Source of the DNA: Coprobacillaceae bacterium
GTDB lineage: Bacteria; Bacillota_I; Bacilli_A; Erysipelotrichales; Coprobacillaceae
Assembly: GCA_963675515.1 (NCBI GenBank)
Contig: OY776328.1
Coordinates: 2,490,001-2,522,000, forward strand
DNA length: 32,000 nt
Reading direction: 5' to 3'
In this document: positions 8,080 through 16,756 of the stretch, piece after piece
How positions within the stretch are numbered: the stretch's first letter is position 1
Layout: each line of letters begins with the position of its first letter
Notes under the pieces: model-generated
What the model saw: the letters and a program-made list of their open reading frames with translations, nothing else
Told to the model about the DNA's origin: nothing
Database searches by the model: none
Made by a program: the position numbers and the translations under genes

Positions 8080-8423
8080 AACTGAATACCGATGGCAAAA
8101 CTACATTTAACAAAATTGAGGATGAGATTGAGTTGTGTAAGGAAAAGATCATTTACAAAGAGGATGATCATCGCTTGTATTGGATTAACACTTTGATTGG
8201 TGATATCAAAAACAATATCACTGGAATATATCATGGCGTAACAAAGCGGTATCTGCCTTTATTCCTAAATGAGCAGGAGTGGCGCTTCAACCACCGTTAT
8301 ACAGGTGCTTATTTCATGGATAAAATAAGAAAATATCTGCTACTTTCATCGCCGATGCCAAAAAGAAAAATCGTAACGGTTCTTAAATTAGCAGAATCAT
8401 ATTTTTCAAGTACATGTATCTGA
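8080..8423 (+). pseudogene. IS1595-family transposase, C-terminal part
   Basis: After removing IS3 and one AAC, the frame reads ...KLSKDRKLNTDGKTTFNKIEDEIELCKEKIIYKEDDHRLYWINTLIGDIKNNITGIYHGVTKRYLPLFLNEQEWRFNHR... Confidence 0.85.
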
Positions 8424-8965
8424 TGGTCAATTAAGAATAATAATAATCAAGCCTCCTATCATAAAAGGTTTCAAACTTGTAATCAATGCGCTATTTAACT
8501 CGTTACAAGCGGTGTACATAACATATTTTACACCATATCCCCCAATTTTGCAAACGTTTACACAATTCGTTAGATAATCTTTAATATCTCAATAAATTCT
8601 GATACTATCAAATATATATTTTTGAATGACCACATGTTACAGGAAGCAACAACGCCTATTTTCTAGAGTAGAAAAATGATTTGAATCCATGAATTGTCTT
8701 GTCTTATAATCTATAAATTTAGACATATCGAAACTATTAACATTACCTTGAAATAAGCGGTCAATAAAAATTTATCAAAAAGCAGTAGACAAACAAGCAA
8801 ATAGTTGACAATCGTCCAAAATTTGAGAAGGAAGTCAAATGCCGCTCAACAGCTCACCTGAATGCTTTCGATTCCGCCTTGAAACTGTCGGTTACATTAT
8901 AATAGCTCAGGCTTCCCCAATAAAAAAGCAAGATCAGGTTAATTTGGGTAAATATGGATGAACAA

Positions 8966-8998
8966 TCAAAAGACACTCTTCAATGTCAAAGAGTGCCT
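8966..8998 (-). terminator. Rho-independent terminator downstream of the 4Fe-4S protein gene
   Basis: Minus strand reads GGCACTCTT-TGACATTG-AAGAGTGTC followed by TTTTGATTG: a 9-bp stem (one G-U pair) and a U-tract, 14 nt after the stop at 9012. Confidence 0.7.
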
Positions 8999-9011
8999 TG
9001 ATATTTGTATT

Positions 9012-9719
9012 TTATTCTAGAATTCTACCATCGGTCGAAATGGTAACAACTTGCCATGGGATGAATTTGCCGCTGCCCTGGAGCGCCCTTTTGGCCGCGT
9101 TTTCAATTCCGCCACAGCATGGAACTTCCATTCTTACGATTGTCACTTTTTTGATATCGTTGTTCGCGATGATCTGGGCGAGCTTGTTGGTGTAATCACC
9201 TTCATCAAGTTTTGGACAGCCGATAAGCGTAACATGATTCTTGATGAACTTATTGTGGAAGTCGCCATAGGCAAAAGCCGTACAGTCGGCCGCAATAAGC
9301 AGATTGGCCTCATCGAAAAACGACGCATTGATCGGTGCAAGTTTGATCTGTACCGGCCAGTGGGTAAGCTGGCTGGCATTTTCCTGGCTTGCCACTGGAG
9401 CCTTTTCGATCTTGATGTCGCGTTTGAACACAGCCGCCTGTGTCCCCGGACAGCCGACATGACCAACGGTTATCTTACCTTTGGCTGCCATGTTCGCCTC
9501 GACCGCAGCCTCATCATATTCGGCCGCCTCGCGCTTTTCGAAACTGATCGCCCCGGTCGGACAAGCCGGCAAACAGTCGCCTAAACCATCGCAGTAGTCA
9601 TCCCGCAGCAGGACCGCTTTGCCTTCGACCATTCCGATCGCACCTTCATGGCAGGCCTGGACGCACAAACCGCAGCCATTGCATTTACTCTGGTCTATTT
9701 TAATAATTTGTCTTATCAT
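9012..9719 (-). CDS. 4Fe-4S dicluster domain protein with a C-terminal Cys-containing domain
   Basis: 235 aa. Has the ferredoxin motifs CNGCGLCVQACHEG and CDGLGDCLPACPTG, and a later VPCCGG. GAGGTGG Shine-Dalgarno upstream. Confidence 0.8.
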   Translation of the reverse strand: MIRQIIKIDQSKCNGCGLCVQACHEGAIGMVEGKAVLLRDDYCDGLGDCLPACPTGAISFEKREAAEYDEAAVEANMAAKGKITVGHVGCPGTQAAVFKRDIKIEKAPVASQENASQLTHWPVQIKLAPINASFFDEANLLIAADCTAFAYGDFHNKFIKNHVTLIGCPKLDEGDYTNKLAQIIANNDIKKVTIVRMEVPCCGGIENAAKRALQGSGKFIPWQVVTISTDGRILE

Positions 9720-9821
9720 ATTCTATCCACCTCAGATTTTCTCCATAATATTTTTATGCAGGAACATCTTACTTCATTTCCGGCAACAATTATGTTGTAA
9801 ATCCAACGGTCATTGGATTTT

Positions 9822-10664
9822 TCAATTATTTTTATCTCCCATATTACTGATTATCTCCTGGAACCGTCCTGTTGCCAGGATACTTGGTTTCCCTTTCTGG
9901 CAGAATGAAAGTTTCGCGAGTTTGGGGACCACCCGCTCGACAACGACCTGGCCGTCAACAAGCTTCGATTGCAACAGCGCGAAAGCTTCCAGGAACCGTG
10001 AATCCTTCCTTGCATATTCATAGAATGAAAGGACATAGACATAGAAGAATAGATTGTAGGTGCGAAACGGATATTCAACCTTCATGAACAGGCTGCCAAT
10101 GCCATAGTGGCAAGGTCCAAGGGGCGCCCTGGTGATCCAGTGTGAAAGCAGGAACTCCACGGCCCGGTCCAATTCCGGCTTTCTGTTGGCATGGCCGCTT
10201 AACCGGAAGACGTTAAGGGCCACCAGGGTCGGAAACGGGTTCGAAGCCTTTGTTTCCTCTCCCCTGCCAAAGGCGAACTTGTTGCAGCGCCAGCCACCGT
10301 CTCTTTCCTGGATTTCGAACAGGTGGTTCAGGCTTTTTTTGACCCGGGCATCCTTGGAGTGCCCCATAAGGCACAGGACATTGAGGGCGTGGATTGTCTG
10401 GCAGGGATAGATAGCGCCCTTTGGGGCCAGTCTGAAACGACCGTCTTCCTGCCAGGAATCCAGAATCAAAGCGGCGCTGTCTTTCAGGATAGGATCATCA
10501 AGATCCATCCCCGTCTCCACCAGGTATCCTACACATTCCAAGGTCGAAAAGGGCGACCCTTTGATCAGCCGCCGGTCCGGTGTTGTCCACAGATCCCCGC
10601 CTAGATCAAAGCGATGTGAAATTATCTGCTCCCTGTCCAAATCGTATAGGTGATTGCCTTTCAT
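9822..10664 (-). CDS. Prenyltransferase / terpene-cyclase-like alpha-alpha toroid repeat protein (tentative)
   Basis: 280 aa from the ATG at 10664 (GGAGG 8 nt upstream). Repeated QxxDGxW-like elements (SWQEDGRF, EIQERDGGWR) resemble prenyltransferase/squalene oxidase repeats. Assigned from motif memory only. Confidence 0.5.
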   Translation of the reverse strand: MKGNHLYDLDREQIISHRFDLGGDLWTTPDRRLIKGSPFSTLECVGYLVETGMDLDDPILKDSAALILDSWQEDGRFRLAPKGAIYPCQTIHALNVLCLMGHSKDARVKKSLNHLFEIQERDGGWRCNKFAFGRGEETKASNPFPTLVALNVFRLSGHANRKPELDRAVEFLLSHWITRAPLGPCHYGIGSLFMKVEYPFRTYNLFFYVYVLSFYEYARKDSRFLEAFALLQSKLVDGQVVVERVVPKLAKLSFCQKGKPSILATGRFQEIISNMGDKNN

Positions 10665-10870
10665 GATGTAGCCTCCATATTCAATCAAGATTGTTGACCA
10701 TTATTCAAAATAAGATTACCTTGTTGTTTCCTTACTTTATTTATACACCCCTGTTATCCTGTTTTCAACACCCTCAATGCCTCCCTTCACTTAAACACAA
10801 GACAACGTGATTATCGGAATTGGAAATATAGCGAAGAGCGAAAAAGTGTCGCAGTCCAGGACACCTTTGA

Positions 10871-11188
10871 TTATTTGATATTGTCTTCACTCCATTTCCC
10901 CAGTGATTCGAAAATCGGGATCAGGCCTTTCCCGCTTTCACTTAGCGAATATTCAACATGGGGCGGGATTTCATTGAACTGGACCCGATCCACCAGACCC
11001 TGTTGCTCGAGCGATTTCAATGTCGTTGAAAGCATCGTGTTGGATATGCTGGGAAGGGCCTTTCGCAATTCCCCAAAACGCATCGGCGAGTTGAAAATAA
11101 GTTCGAATATGACCACCGAATTCCATTTTCCTTCAAAGATCGCCAGCCCCTTGTGGACCGGGCAATTGATATATTTGTTTTCGAGCAT
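10871..11188 (-). CDS. HxlR-family winged-helix transcriptional regulator
   Basis: CPVHKGLAIFEGKWNSVVIFELIFNSPMRFGELRKALPSISNTMLSTTLKSLEQQGLVDRVQFNEIPPHVEYSLSESG is the HxlR signature. The start is taken at MLENKY. Confidence 0.9.
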   Translation of the reverse strand: MLENKYINCPVHKGLAIFEGKWNSVVIFELIFNSPMRFGELRKALPSISNTMLSTTLKSLEQQGLVDRVQFNEIPPHVEYSLSESGKGLIPIFESLGKWSEDNIK

Positions 11189-11324
11189 TATTTTTCTCCT
11201 GGTAAGCCTTATCTTACTATCTAAGTTAAAACTGCGTACTTGATTCATATTTCGTACCTAGTATAATCATATTGCAGGCATTTGTCAAATGACTGTTAAA
11301 CTTAATATGTGAGGAGAATTTAAA

Positions 11325-11729
11325 ATGACAAACAATGAAAAAGTGCTGGATTATCTATGCAAAGCGGGAATCTTCTATGTGGCGACCATGGAAGGCAATC
11401 AGCCCAAATGCCGGCCGTTCTCATTAACCATGGAACATGATGGCAAGGTCTACTTTGGGGCGGGAACATTCAAGGACGTCTACAAGCAGCTCCAGGACAA
11501 TCCCAACATTGAAATCTGCGCTTGCACCGGACGAGGATTTTTACGATATTATGGCACCGCAGTATTCAATCATGACCCGGAAATCTCTCAAAAGGCCCTT
11601 GAAAAGATGCCAATGCTAAAAAACATATACAATGAACAGACAGGCAAGAGACTTGGAATGTTCTATCTCGAAAATGCGACCGCCGAGTTTCGGAGCATGT
11701 TCCAAGTTGAAGAATCACTGTCAATGTGA
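11325..11729 (+). CDS. Pyridoxamine 5'-phosphate oxidase-like FMN-binding family protein
   Basis: 134 aa. ...FYVATMEGNQPKCRPFSLTMEHDGKVYFGAGTFKDVYKQLQDNPNIEICA... is a split-barrel PNPOx-like pattern. Divergent from the HxlR gene, a common pairing. GAGGAG Shine-Dalgarno. Confidence 0.7.
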   Translation: MTNNEKVLDYLCKAGIFYVATMEGNQPKCRPFSLTMEHDGKVYFGAGTFKDVYKQLQDNPNIEICACTGRGFLRYYGTAVFNHDPEISQKALEKMPMLKNIYNEQTGKRLGMFYLENATAEFRSMFQVEESLSM

Positions 11730-11745
11730 CATCCTCTTATGGAAA

Positions 11746-11774
11746 GTACCCGCCAGTAATGGCGGGTACTTTTA
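11746..11774. terminator. Bidirectional rho-independent terminator between convergent genes
   Basis: GTACCCGCC-AGTAAT-GGCGGGTAC followed by TTTTA and preceded by AAA: a perfect 9-bp GC-rich stem. Confidence 0.85.
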
Positions 11775-11802
11775 TCATGGCTTTCTTTCCGGATTGGAAA
11801 TC

Positions 11803-12210
11803 CTATTCCTTGTGGGCATACCGGGCGTAGATATACGTTCCCACCAATATGCCAATAAACGTCATCCCTCCAAGAATCTTACCTTCGCCAAGCTGGGCCA
11901 GAACGGTGCCCGGGCAAGCTCCGGAAACTGCCCAGCCAACTCCAAACAAAATCCCGCCGATGATCGTATTGCGATTGAAAGGTTTCTTGTTTATCCCAAT
12001 TTTATCGCCTTTTATATCCTTGTTGCCCAAGACCCTCAGGACAGCCATCAAGACTCCTCCCACAATTATCGCCGTCCCCATCAACAAGGCGAGCTTGAGA
12101 TTCTCACCGGTAAACATGTGATAAATGTAATCATAATGGGATGCACCGGAACGACTCAAGGCGAATCCGAAGAATATCCCACAAAGCAAATATCCGATTT
12201 TTCTGGCCAT
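11803..12210 (-). CDS. YeeE/YedE-family sulfur-compound transporter subunit (C-terminal-half type)
   Basis: About 135 aa from MARKIGY. Hydrophobic, with GVGWAVSGACPGT, the conserved Cys-containing loop of the YeeE/YedE (sulphur transport) domain. Confidence 0.75.
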   Translation of the reverse strand: MARKIGYLLCGIFFGFALSRSGASHYDYIYHMFTGENLKLALLMGTAIIVGGVLMAVLRVLGNKDIKGDKIGINKKPFNRNTIIGGILFGVGWAVSGACPGTVLAQLGEGKILGGMTFIGILVGTYIYARYAHKE

Positions 12211-12211
12211 C

Positions 12212-12748
12212 CTAAACACCTCCAAACAGAACCATTCTTATCAAGAAGGTAGTCAAAAAGCCAAACAGGAGAAAGAGGATTGTCGCTATGATGCTTGATT
12301 TCTGGATAGTGGCAATCCCGTGAATGGAGTGGCCCGAAGTGCAGCCCCCAGCCATGCGGGCGCCAAACCCCAGCAACACACCTCCACCAAAGAACCAAAG
12401 CGCATAAAGCCCATAATTCCAGGAGACATTATCGGTGAAAAGGCCCATCCCATATTCCAATAGTCCCATCCCGGAAACCCTTGCCGACAGGAAGCCACCG
12501 ATCACCATCCCCGCAATGAAGACAAGGCGCCAATCGAACGGGTCTTTGTATTTGCTCGAAGCCAGCCATTTGAACTTGCCGTCCAGTTTGAGCGCCTTTA
12601 GGATACTGACATATCCGGTGGAAACGCCAAGGGCGGTATTGAGGAAATAGTACATGATTGGGACCAGGATTCCAATGGCGATTCCTCCAAGCCACCAGGG
12701 CCAAAGATCAACGAACAGGAATTTCACAGGTATCATCCCCTTCCACAA
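12212..12748 (-). CDS. YeeE/YedE-family sulfur-compound transporter subunit (N-terminal-half type)
   Basis: Has the GFGARMAGGCTSGHSIHG motif and multiple TM segments. The start is uncertain (TTG at 12748 or ATG at 12736). It overlaps the upstream gene's end, which suggests translational coupling. Confidence 0.75.
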   Translation of the reverse strand: MWKGMIPVKFLFVDLWPWWLGGIAIGILVPIMYYFLNTALGVSTGYVSILKALKLDGKFKWLASSKYKDPFDWRLVFIAGMVIGGFLSARVSGMGLLEYGMGLFTDNVSWNYGLYALWFFGGGVLLGFGARMAGGCTSGHSIHGIATIQKSSIIATILFLLFGFLTTFLIRMVLFGGV

Positions 12749-14111
12749 CGAGCTGGTAGCCTAGGGCAAGCCAGGCCGTTGTTCCACCAATGACATTGAT
12801 CACATTTTTACCTTTGCTCAGATTCAACATCAGACTGGCTGCCAAGAGTGACCGGTTCCCGGAGTTGCAGATGAATGCGACCGGTTTGTCTCCTTCGAGT
12901 TCCTGATATTTCTTTCTGACATCGGGTGCGGGGATATGCAGCGTTCCTTCGATATGGCCGCTGTCCCACTCGCTTTTAAGTCTGGTGTCGACAAGCAGGA
13001 TTTCACCCTTATCGAATCGGCTTTTTGCTTCTTTGACCGATATGCTCTCAATTCTGGAAGTTTCCAGTCCGCTTTTTGCGTAGGCGTCCATTCCGCCTTG
13101 AAGATATCCAGCCACATTGTCAAGGCCGACGCTATATAGCGCCTTTAGCACGACCGGCAAGTCACTAAGATCTTCAAGCACCAGCAGAATCGGTTTGTCC
13201 GGCGGCAATACCCAACCGGAGAATGTCGCGAAATTGCCTTTAAGGCTAAGTCCATAGGCCCCTGGAACGTGGGCCGCTCCAAATGCCAGCTGATCCCGGG
13301 CATCCACAACCACATGACCGTCCCTGGATAGCTGTAAAAACTCAACCGGGGAATAGCCTGAGGGTTTTACCAGACTGGAAAGTGTGGCAGGACCCATCCG
13401 GTTTATCTGCGAGCACCTTGAAAAATGGTCGGGAGCCTCGGGCATATCAGCCAGGAAGCTTTTGACAAATTCCTCTTGAGGGTGCTTGAGCATTGCCTGA
13501 TTTTGCATCTTCTCGGTTCCGATTGTCGATGAAAGCTTGGAAGAAAGCGATTTGCCACATAGCGAACCCGCTCCATGGGCCGGGTACATTTCGATGTTGT
13601 CGCTTAGCTGTTCGATCCTTCTAAGACTGTGATAGAGACTGGATGCGAGTTCTTCCTTTTTGTCGGGGAACAGGTCAGGTCGGCCCGCATCACCCACAAA
13701 AAGCGTGTCACCGGTAAAAGCCATTACCGACTCTTTGCCCCGTGACAGGTCGGACATGACAAATACCGTGCATTCCGGTGTGTGACCAGGCGTATCGAGC
13801 ATCCTGAACAGAAGTGTATCGATTTGAAATTCTTCTCCATCTTTTAAAGCGTGGTGGGCGAACTTGGCGTCGGCCTTTTTGGTTATATATATCGTCGCTC
13901 CAGTGAGTTCACTGAGTTCCACATGGCCCGACACAAAATCGGCATGGAGATGGGTTTCAATTATCCCCTCGATTTCAAGACCCAAGGAATTGGCAATGTC
14001 AATATACTGTCTCACGTCCCTGGCGGGATCGATAACAACACAAGAATGATTTCCGCCGACCACATAGGAACAGTGCGCCAGGCCAGGCGTGTAAATCTGT
14101 TTAAATTCCAT
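12708..14111 (-). CDS. MBL-fold metallohydrolase fused to two rhodanese-like domains (CstB-like persulfide dioxygenase-sulfurtransferase, inferred)
   Basis: 467 aa from MEFKQIY (GGAGG 9 nt upstream). Has the metal motif ETHLHADFVSGH and DTPGHTPE. The C-terminal rhodanese domain has the active-site loop FICNSGNRS. Confidence 0.8.
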   Translation of the reverse strand: MEFKQIYTPGLAHCSYVVGGNHSCVVIDPARDVRQYIDIANSLGLEIEGIIETHLHADFVSGHVELSELTGATIYITKKADAKFAHHALKDGEEFQIDTLLFRMLDTPGHTPECTVFVMSDLSRGKESVMAFTGDTLFVGDAGRPDLFPDKKEELASSLYHSLRRIEQLSDNIEMYPAHGAGSLCGKSLSSKLSSTIGTEKMQNQAMLKHPQEEFVKSFLADMPEAPDHFSRCSQINRMGPATLSSLVKPSGYSPVEFLQLSRDGHVVVDARDQLAFGAAHVPGAYGLSLKGNFATFSGWVLPPDKPILLVLEDLSDLPVVLKALYSVGLDNVAGYLQGGMDAYAKSGLETSRIESISVKEAKSRFDKGEILLVDTRLKSEWDSGHIEGTLHIPAPDVRKKYQELEGDKPVAFICNSGNRSLLAASLMLNLSKGKNVINVIGGTTAWLALGYQLVVEGDDTCEIPVR

Positions 14112-14143
14112 TTCTCTAACCTCCAGATTCATTCATTTAATTT

Positions 14144-15445
14144 TCAACACCATCTAATGTAAATTACAAACGTTGCAGTAATAACAGCGACCGTGGCGAT
14201 AAAAGCCCCGAGGATGATAAAGCTTTTTCTAGGAAAATCCATGCTTTCCATGACGACGATTGTCGCCTGATGGCTGGGCAGCACGATACCCAGGCTCGCT
14301 CCGGCGGCAACGGCCATAAAAAGAGCGTCGGGATTGAATGCAACGACACCCGTTCGCCACAACATCAAGGCTACAGGAGCCATCAGCACCGCAGCCACTG
14401 AATTATCAAGAATATTTGCGAACAGTGCGGTCACTAAAACAAATACAAGAATCATGCCAAAAGGCGGCAGCATCGAAAACAATGGCACAACCAAACCAAC
14501 CGCCACACTCAGGGCACCTGTTTCTTCAAGAGTGGCCGATATCCCGAACATGCTTCCCAAAAAGATGATGATGGGAATATTTATATGTTCGATCGCCTTT
14601 TGATAGGGTAGCACACCGGTGATGATCCAGACGAGGGTCACCAGGCCAAATCCCATCGCGGGATGGATAAGCCGGATGCTGGTAGCGACCACAACTGGAA
14701 CAAGTGTAAATACAACAATGATGCTTTTTGCTTTGTTTCGCGGGATTGGCTCTTCAATCACCTGGATCTTCTCAGCCAAGAGTTTTTCATCATTGCCTTT
14801 AACCTTTTCCAGCGGGCGAAGATTGCAGATCTGACATATGAACAGCACAAATACACCTGAAAATATTAATGCAAGTCCATTAAAGGAAAAATCAAACATG
14901 CCAAACGGCTCACCCAATGCGCCCATGCGATAAGTTGATACAATCAAGTTTGAGGCAGTTCCTATCAGCGTCAAGGATCCACCCAGGATTGATGCGTAGG
15001 CAATGGGAATCCCAAAAGAAGACTGGGAAATTTTCGACCTTTGGGCCATCCGCTTTGCCGTAGGCAATACTATCCCGATCGCACCGACGTTGTTCATGAA
15101 CGCCGAAATCAATGCCGTTGTCACAAATAATGCGAATACCTGATTTTTGGCATGTTTCATCCTGGCGCCGATACTTTTGCCAAACCCTGTAAGCAGTCCT
15201 GATTCAACAATTCCCGAACTCATCACAAGCACTGCGGCAATGGTGAAAAGCGCCGGAGAAGCAAAGCCGGAGAATAGCTGATCCTGCTCCCTGATTCCCA
15301 GCACCCCGAGAAACAGGAGACCACCCAAAGCTGCCAGTTCGTAGCGGATTTTTCCAGAAACAACCGAATAAAGCACCGCCAGAAGAACAAGCCAAGTCAC
15401 AGCCTGCTCCCAGTTTTCAACTATAGCTATGGTACTCACCTCCAC
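14144..15445 (-). CDS. SLC13/DASS-type (ArsB/NhaD superfamily) anion permease
   Basis: Polytopic membrane protein with ...ALISAFMNNVGAIGIVLP... and ...GGSLTLIGTASNLIV..., the hairpin-loop motifs of this fold. The start is uncertain (GTG at 15445 or 15439). The long N-terminal extension in the ORF track is unlikely to be real. Confidence 0.7.
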   Translation of the reverse strand: MEVSTIAIVENWEQAVTWLVLLAVLYSVVSGKIRYELAALGGLLFLGVLGIREQDQLFSGFASPALFTIAAVLVMSSGIVESGLLTGFGKSIGARMKHAKNQVFALFVTTALISAFMNNVGAIGIVLPTAKRMAQRSKISQSSFGIPIAYASILGGSLTLIGTASNLIVSTYRMGALGEPFGMFDFSFNGLALIFSGVFVLFICQICNLRPLEKVKGNDEKLLAEKIQVIEEPIPRNKAKSIIVVFTLVPVVVATSIRLIHPAMGFGLVTLVWIITGVLPYQKAIEHINIPIIIFLGSMFGISATLEETGALSVAVGLVVPLFSMLPPFGMILVFVLVTALFANILDNSVAAVLMAPVALMLWRTGVVAFNPDALFMAVAAGASLGIVLPSHQATIVVMESMDFPRKSFIILGAFIATVAVITATFVIYIRWC

Positions 15446-16316
15446 TTTTTCACTTGCACGCTTCCATGCAATTGTAAAAAAACACATGTATATTTGTAAT
15501 GGTTTATGCATCAGTTCACCAGGATATGACACTAACACTTATAATCGGGAATAATACGAATGATCTTTTGTCGTGTCATCTTAATACATTTGTTTCACCC
15601 ATAGTCAATCACGACACCCGACCCAGTTCCATTCCACTTGATTACCGGGATATGATTGACGATGTGGGGGACAAGCCTGATCTGCTTTATTTTTCAGTGA
15701 ATGTCCCGGCATATGGGCGTCATTATTATGTCGACGTCACCACTAAGAGGTCCTGTGGCAGCGATATCAAAGAATCATATGTGGAAAGTGAACTCTTGAA
15801 ACATTTTCAAAATATCGTCTTGGCCAATCCACTTCAACAAGAGAAGAAAATTAAAACATGTATGCTTATAGGTACATTATACCCCCTCGACATATACTGT
15901 ACAATACGAATATGGTTATTTTTACTCCATTTGAGTGAAACAAACAAAGAAAATCCGCCTGCAATGACGGACAAAAAATTTTCGTACCATATTCTATTGC
16001 TGAAATTTTGGTTTGATCAACCGAGATATCAAGACATCAAACCCAGGATTGTCCAACAGTCAATAGTCAAAGAAATGGGCAAGGGAGTTGTTTCTGGAAT
16101 ATCAAAACAAATTTTCATTTCATCATTTTACAAGTTGCCAGATGGTCCGCTTCCAACTGATTATTACTTCGACCAAAAAAGGCATTGCTCCCGGATTTGT
16201 TCCAGTAAGCAATGCCTATCGTTAGATATTATGAAACGCAGTTACAGTAATGAAGCACAGTCACATAATTACTGACTGGTTTTCAATCAGTAATGTGAGA
16301 CATTTCCCTTAAATCA

Positions 16317-16745
16317 TCAGATTTCCTTCTGGTCCGTCCACATGAAATTGGCAACTCGGTTTTTGATATACCATTTGTTTTCAATCTTCACATATTCATC
16401 ATGATATCTGACCCCTTGGGTCGACATCGTTTTTTTGCCATCGAACTCCCCAATAAGGACAACCTGGCAGTAACATGTTCCTTTGGCATTGTCACAATCG
16501 AATTCCAAGGTCTGTTGCCCGTTGATATGATAGACAGTATCGAACAAGTCCAAAAAGTTGGTGAAGGAATTTAACAGCGCCTGTCTCCCGGTCAGGTCGG
16601 ACACGAGTTCATTTCCATTGTAAGATTTCACATTCGCATTTTCCACAAACAATTCGACCTGGGCTTTGATGTCTTTGACATCAGCCAGATTCGAAAACAA
16701 GTCAACTAATTCTTTCAACGCCAAGCGGTCTTCTATTCTTTCCAT
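16317..16745 (-). CDS. SnoaL-like / NTF2-fold family protein
   Basis: 142 aa. The MERIEDRLALKELVDLFSNLAD... start and the size are typical of SnoaL_4/NTF2-like proteins. Sits directly downstream of the MATE gene (11-nt gap). Confidence 0.6.
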   Translation of the reverse strand: MERIEDRLALKELVDLFSNLADVKDIKAQVELFVENANVKSYNGNELVSDLTGRQALLNSFTNFLDLFDTVYHINGQQTLEFDCDNAKGTCYCQVVLIGEFDGKKTMSTQGVRYHDEYVKIENKWYIKNRVANFMWTDQKEI

Positions 16746-16756
16746 AATAAGCTCCT

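Larger units (their letters stand above)
6107..8435 (+). mobile_element. IS1595-family insertion sequence, interrupted by IS3 copy 2 (native length about 1112 bp)
   Basis: Perfect 12-bp terminal IRs: CTTAATTGACCA (6107-6118) and TGGTCAATTAAG (8424-8435). Flanked by direct AATAATAA (6099-6106 and 8436-8443). An 8-bp TSD is what this family makes. Confidence 0.75.

Noticed and set aside
8839-8961. 40-codon ORF (MPLNSSPECFRF...) with an AAGGAAG upstream, in the AT-rich spacer 8444-8965.
   Set aside because: It is too short and featureless to call without conservation or expression data. The spacer otherwise shows no RNA gene or repeat that I can recognise.
9051-9584. Long plus-strand ORF (177 aa) and other ORFs overlapping the 4Fe-4S protein gene. 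Similar overlapping ORFs occur at 9143-9466, 9619-10023, 10132-10604, 10875-11243, 11632-12252, 12286-12704, 12830-13465, 14164-14860, 19102-19997, 20216-20880 and 22449-22804.
   Set aside because: These are shadow ORFs antisense to, or out of frame with, genes that have clear family signatures. They are Arg/Ser/Pro-rich, as expected from GC-richer DNA read in the wrong frame, and have no ribosome-binding sites.
15499-16275. 258-aa plus-strand ORF from the track, considered as a real gene.
   Set aside because: It has no Shine-Dalgarno, and its start overlaps the divergent neighbour's 5' end. It lies in AT-rich, stop-poor sequence and has no recognisable domain. I kept it only as a possible degenerate relic (see findings).
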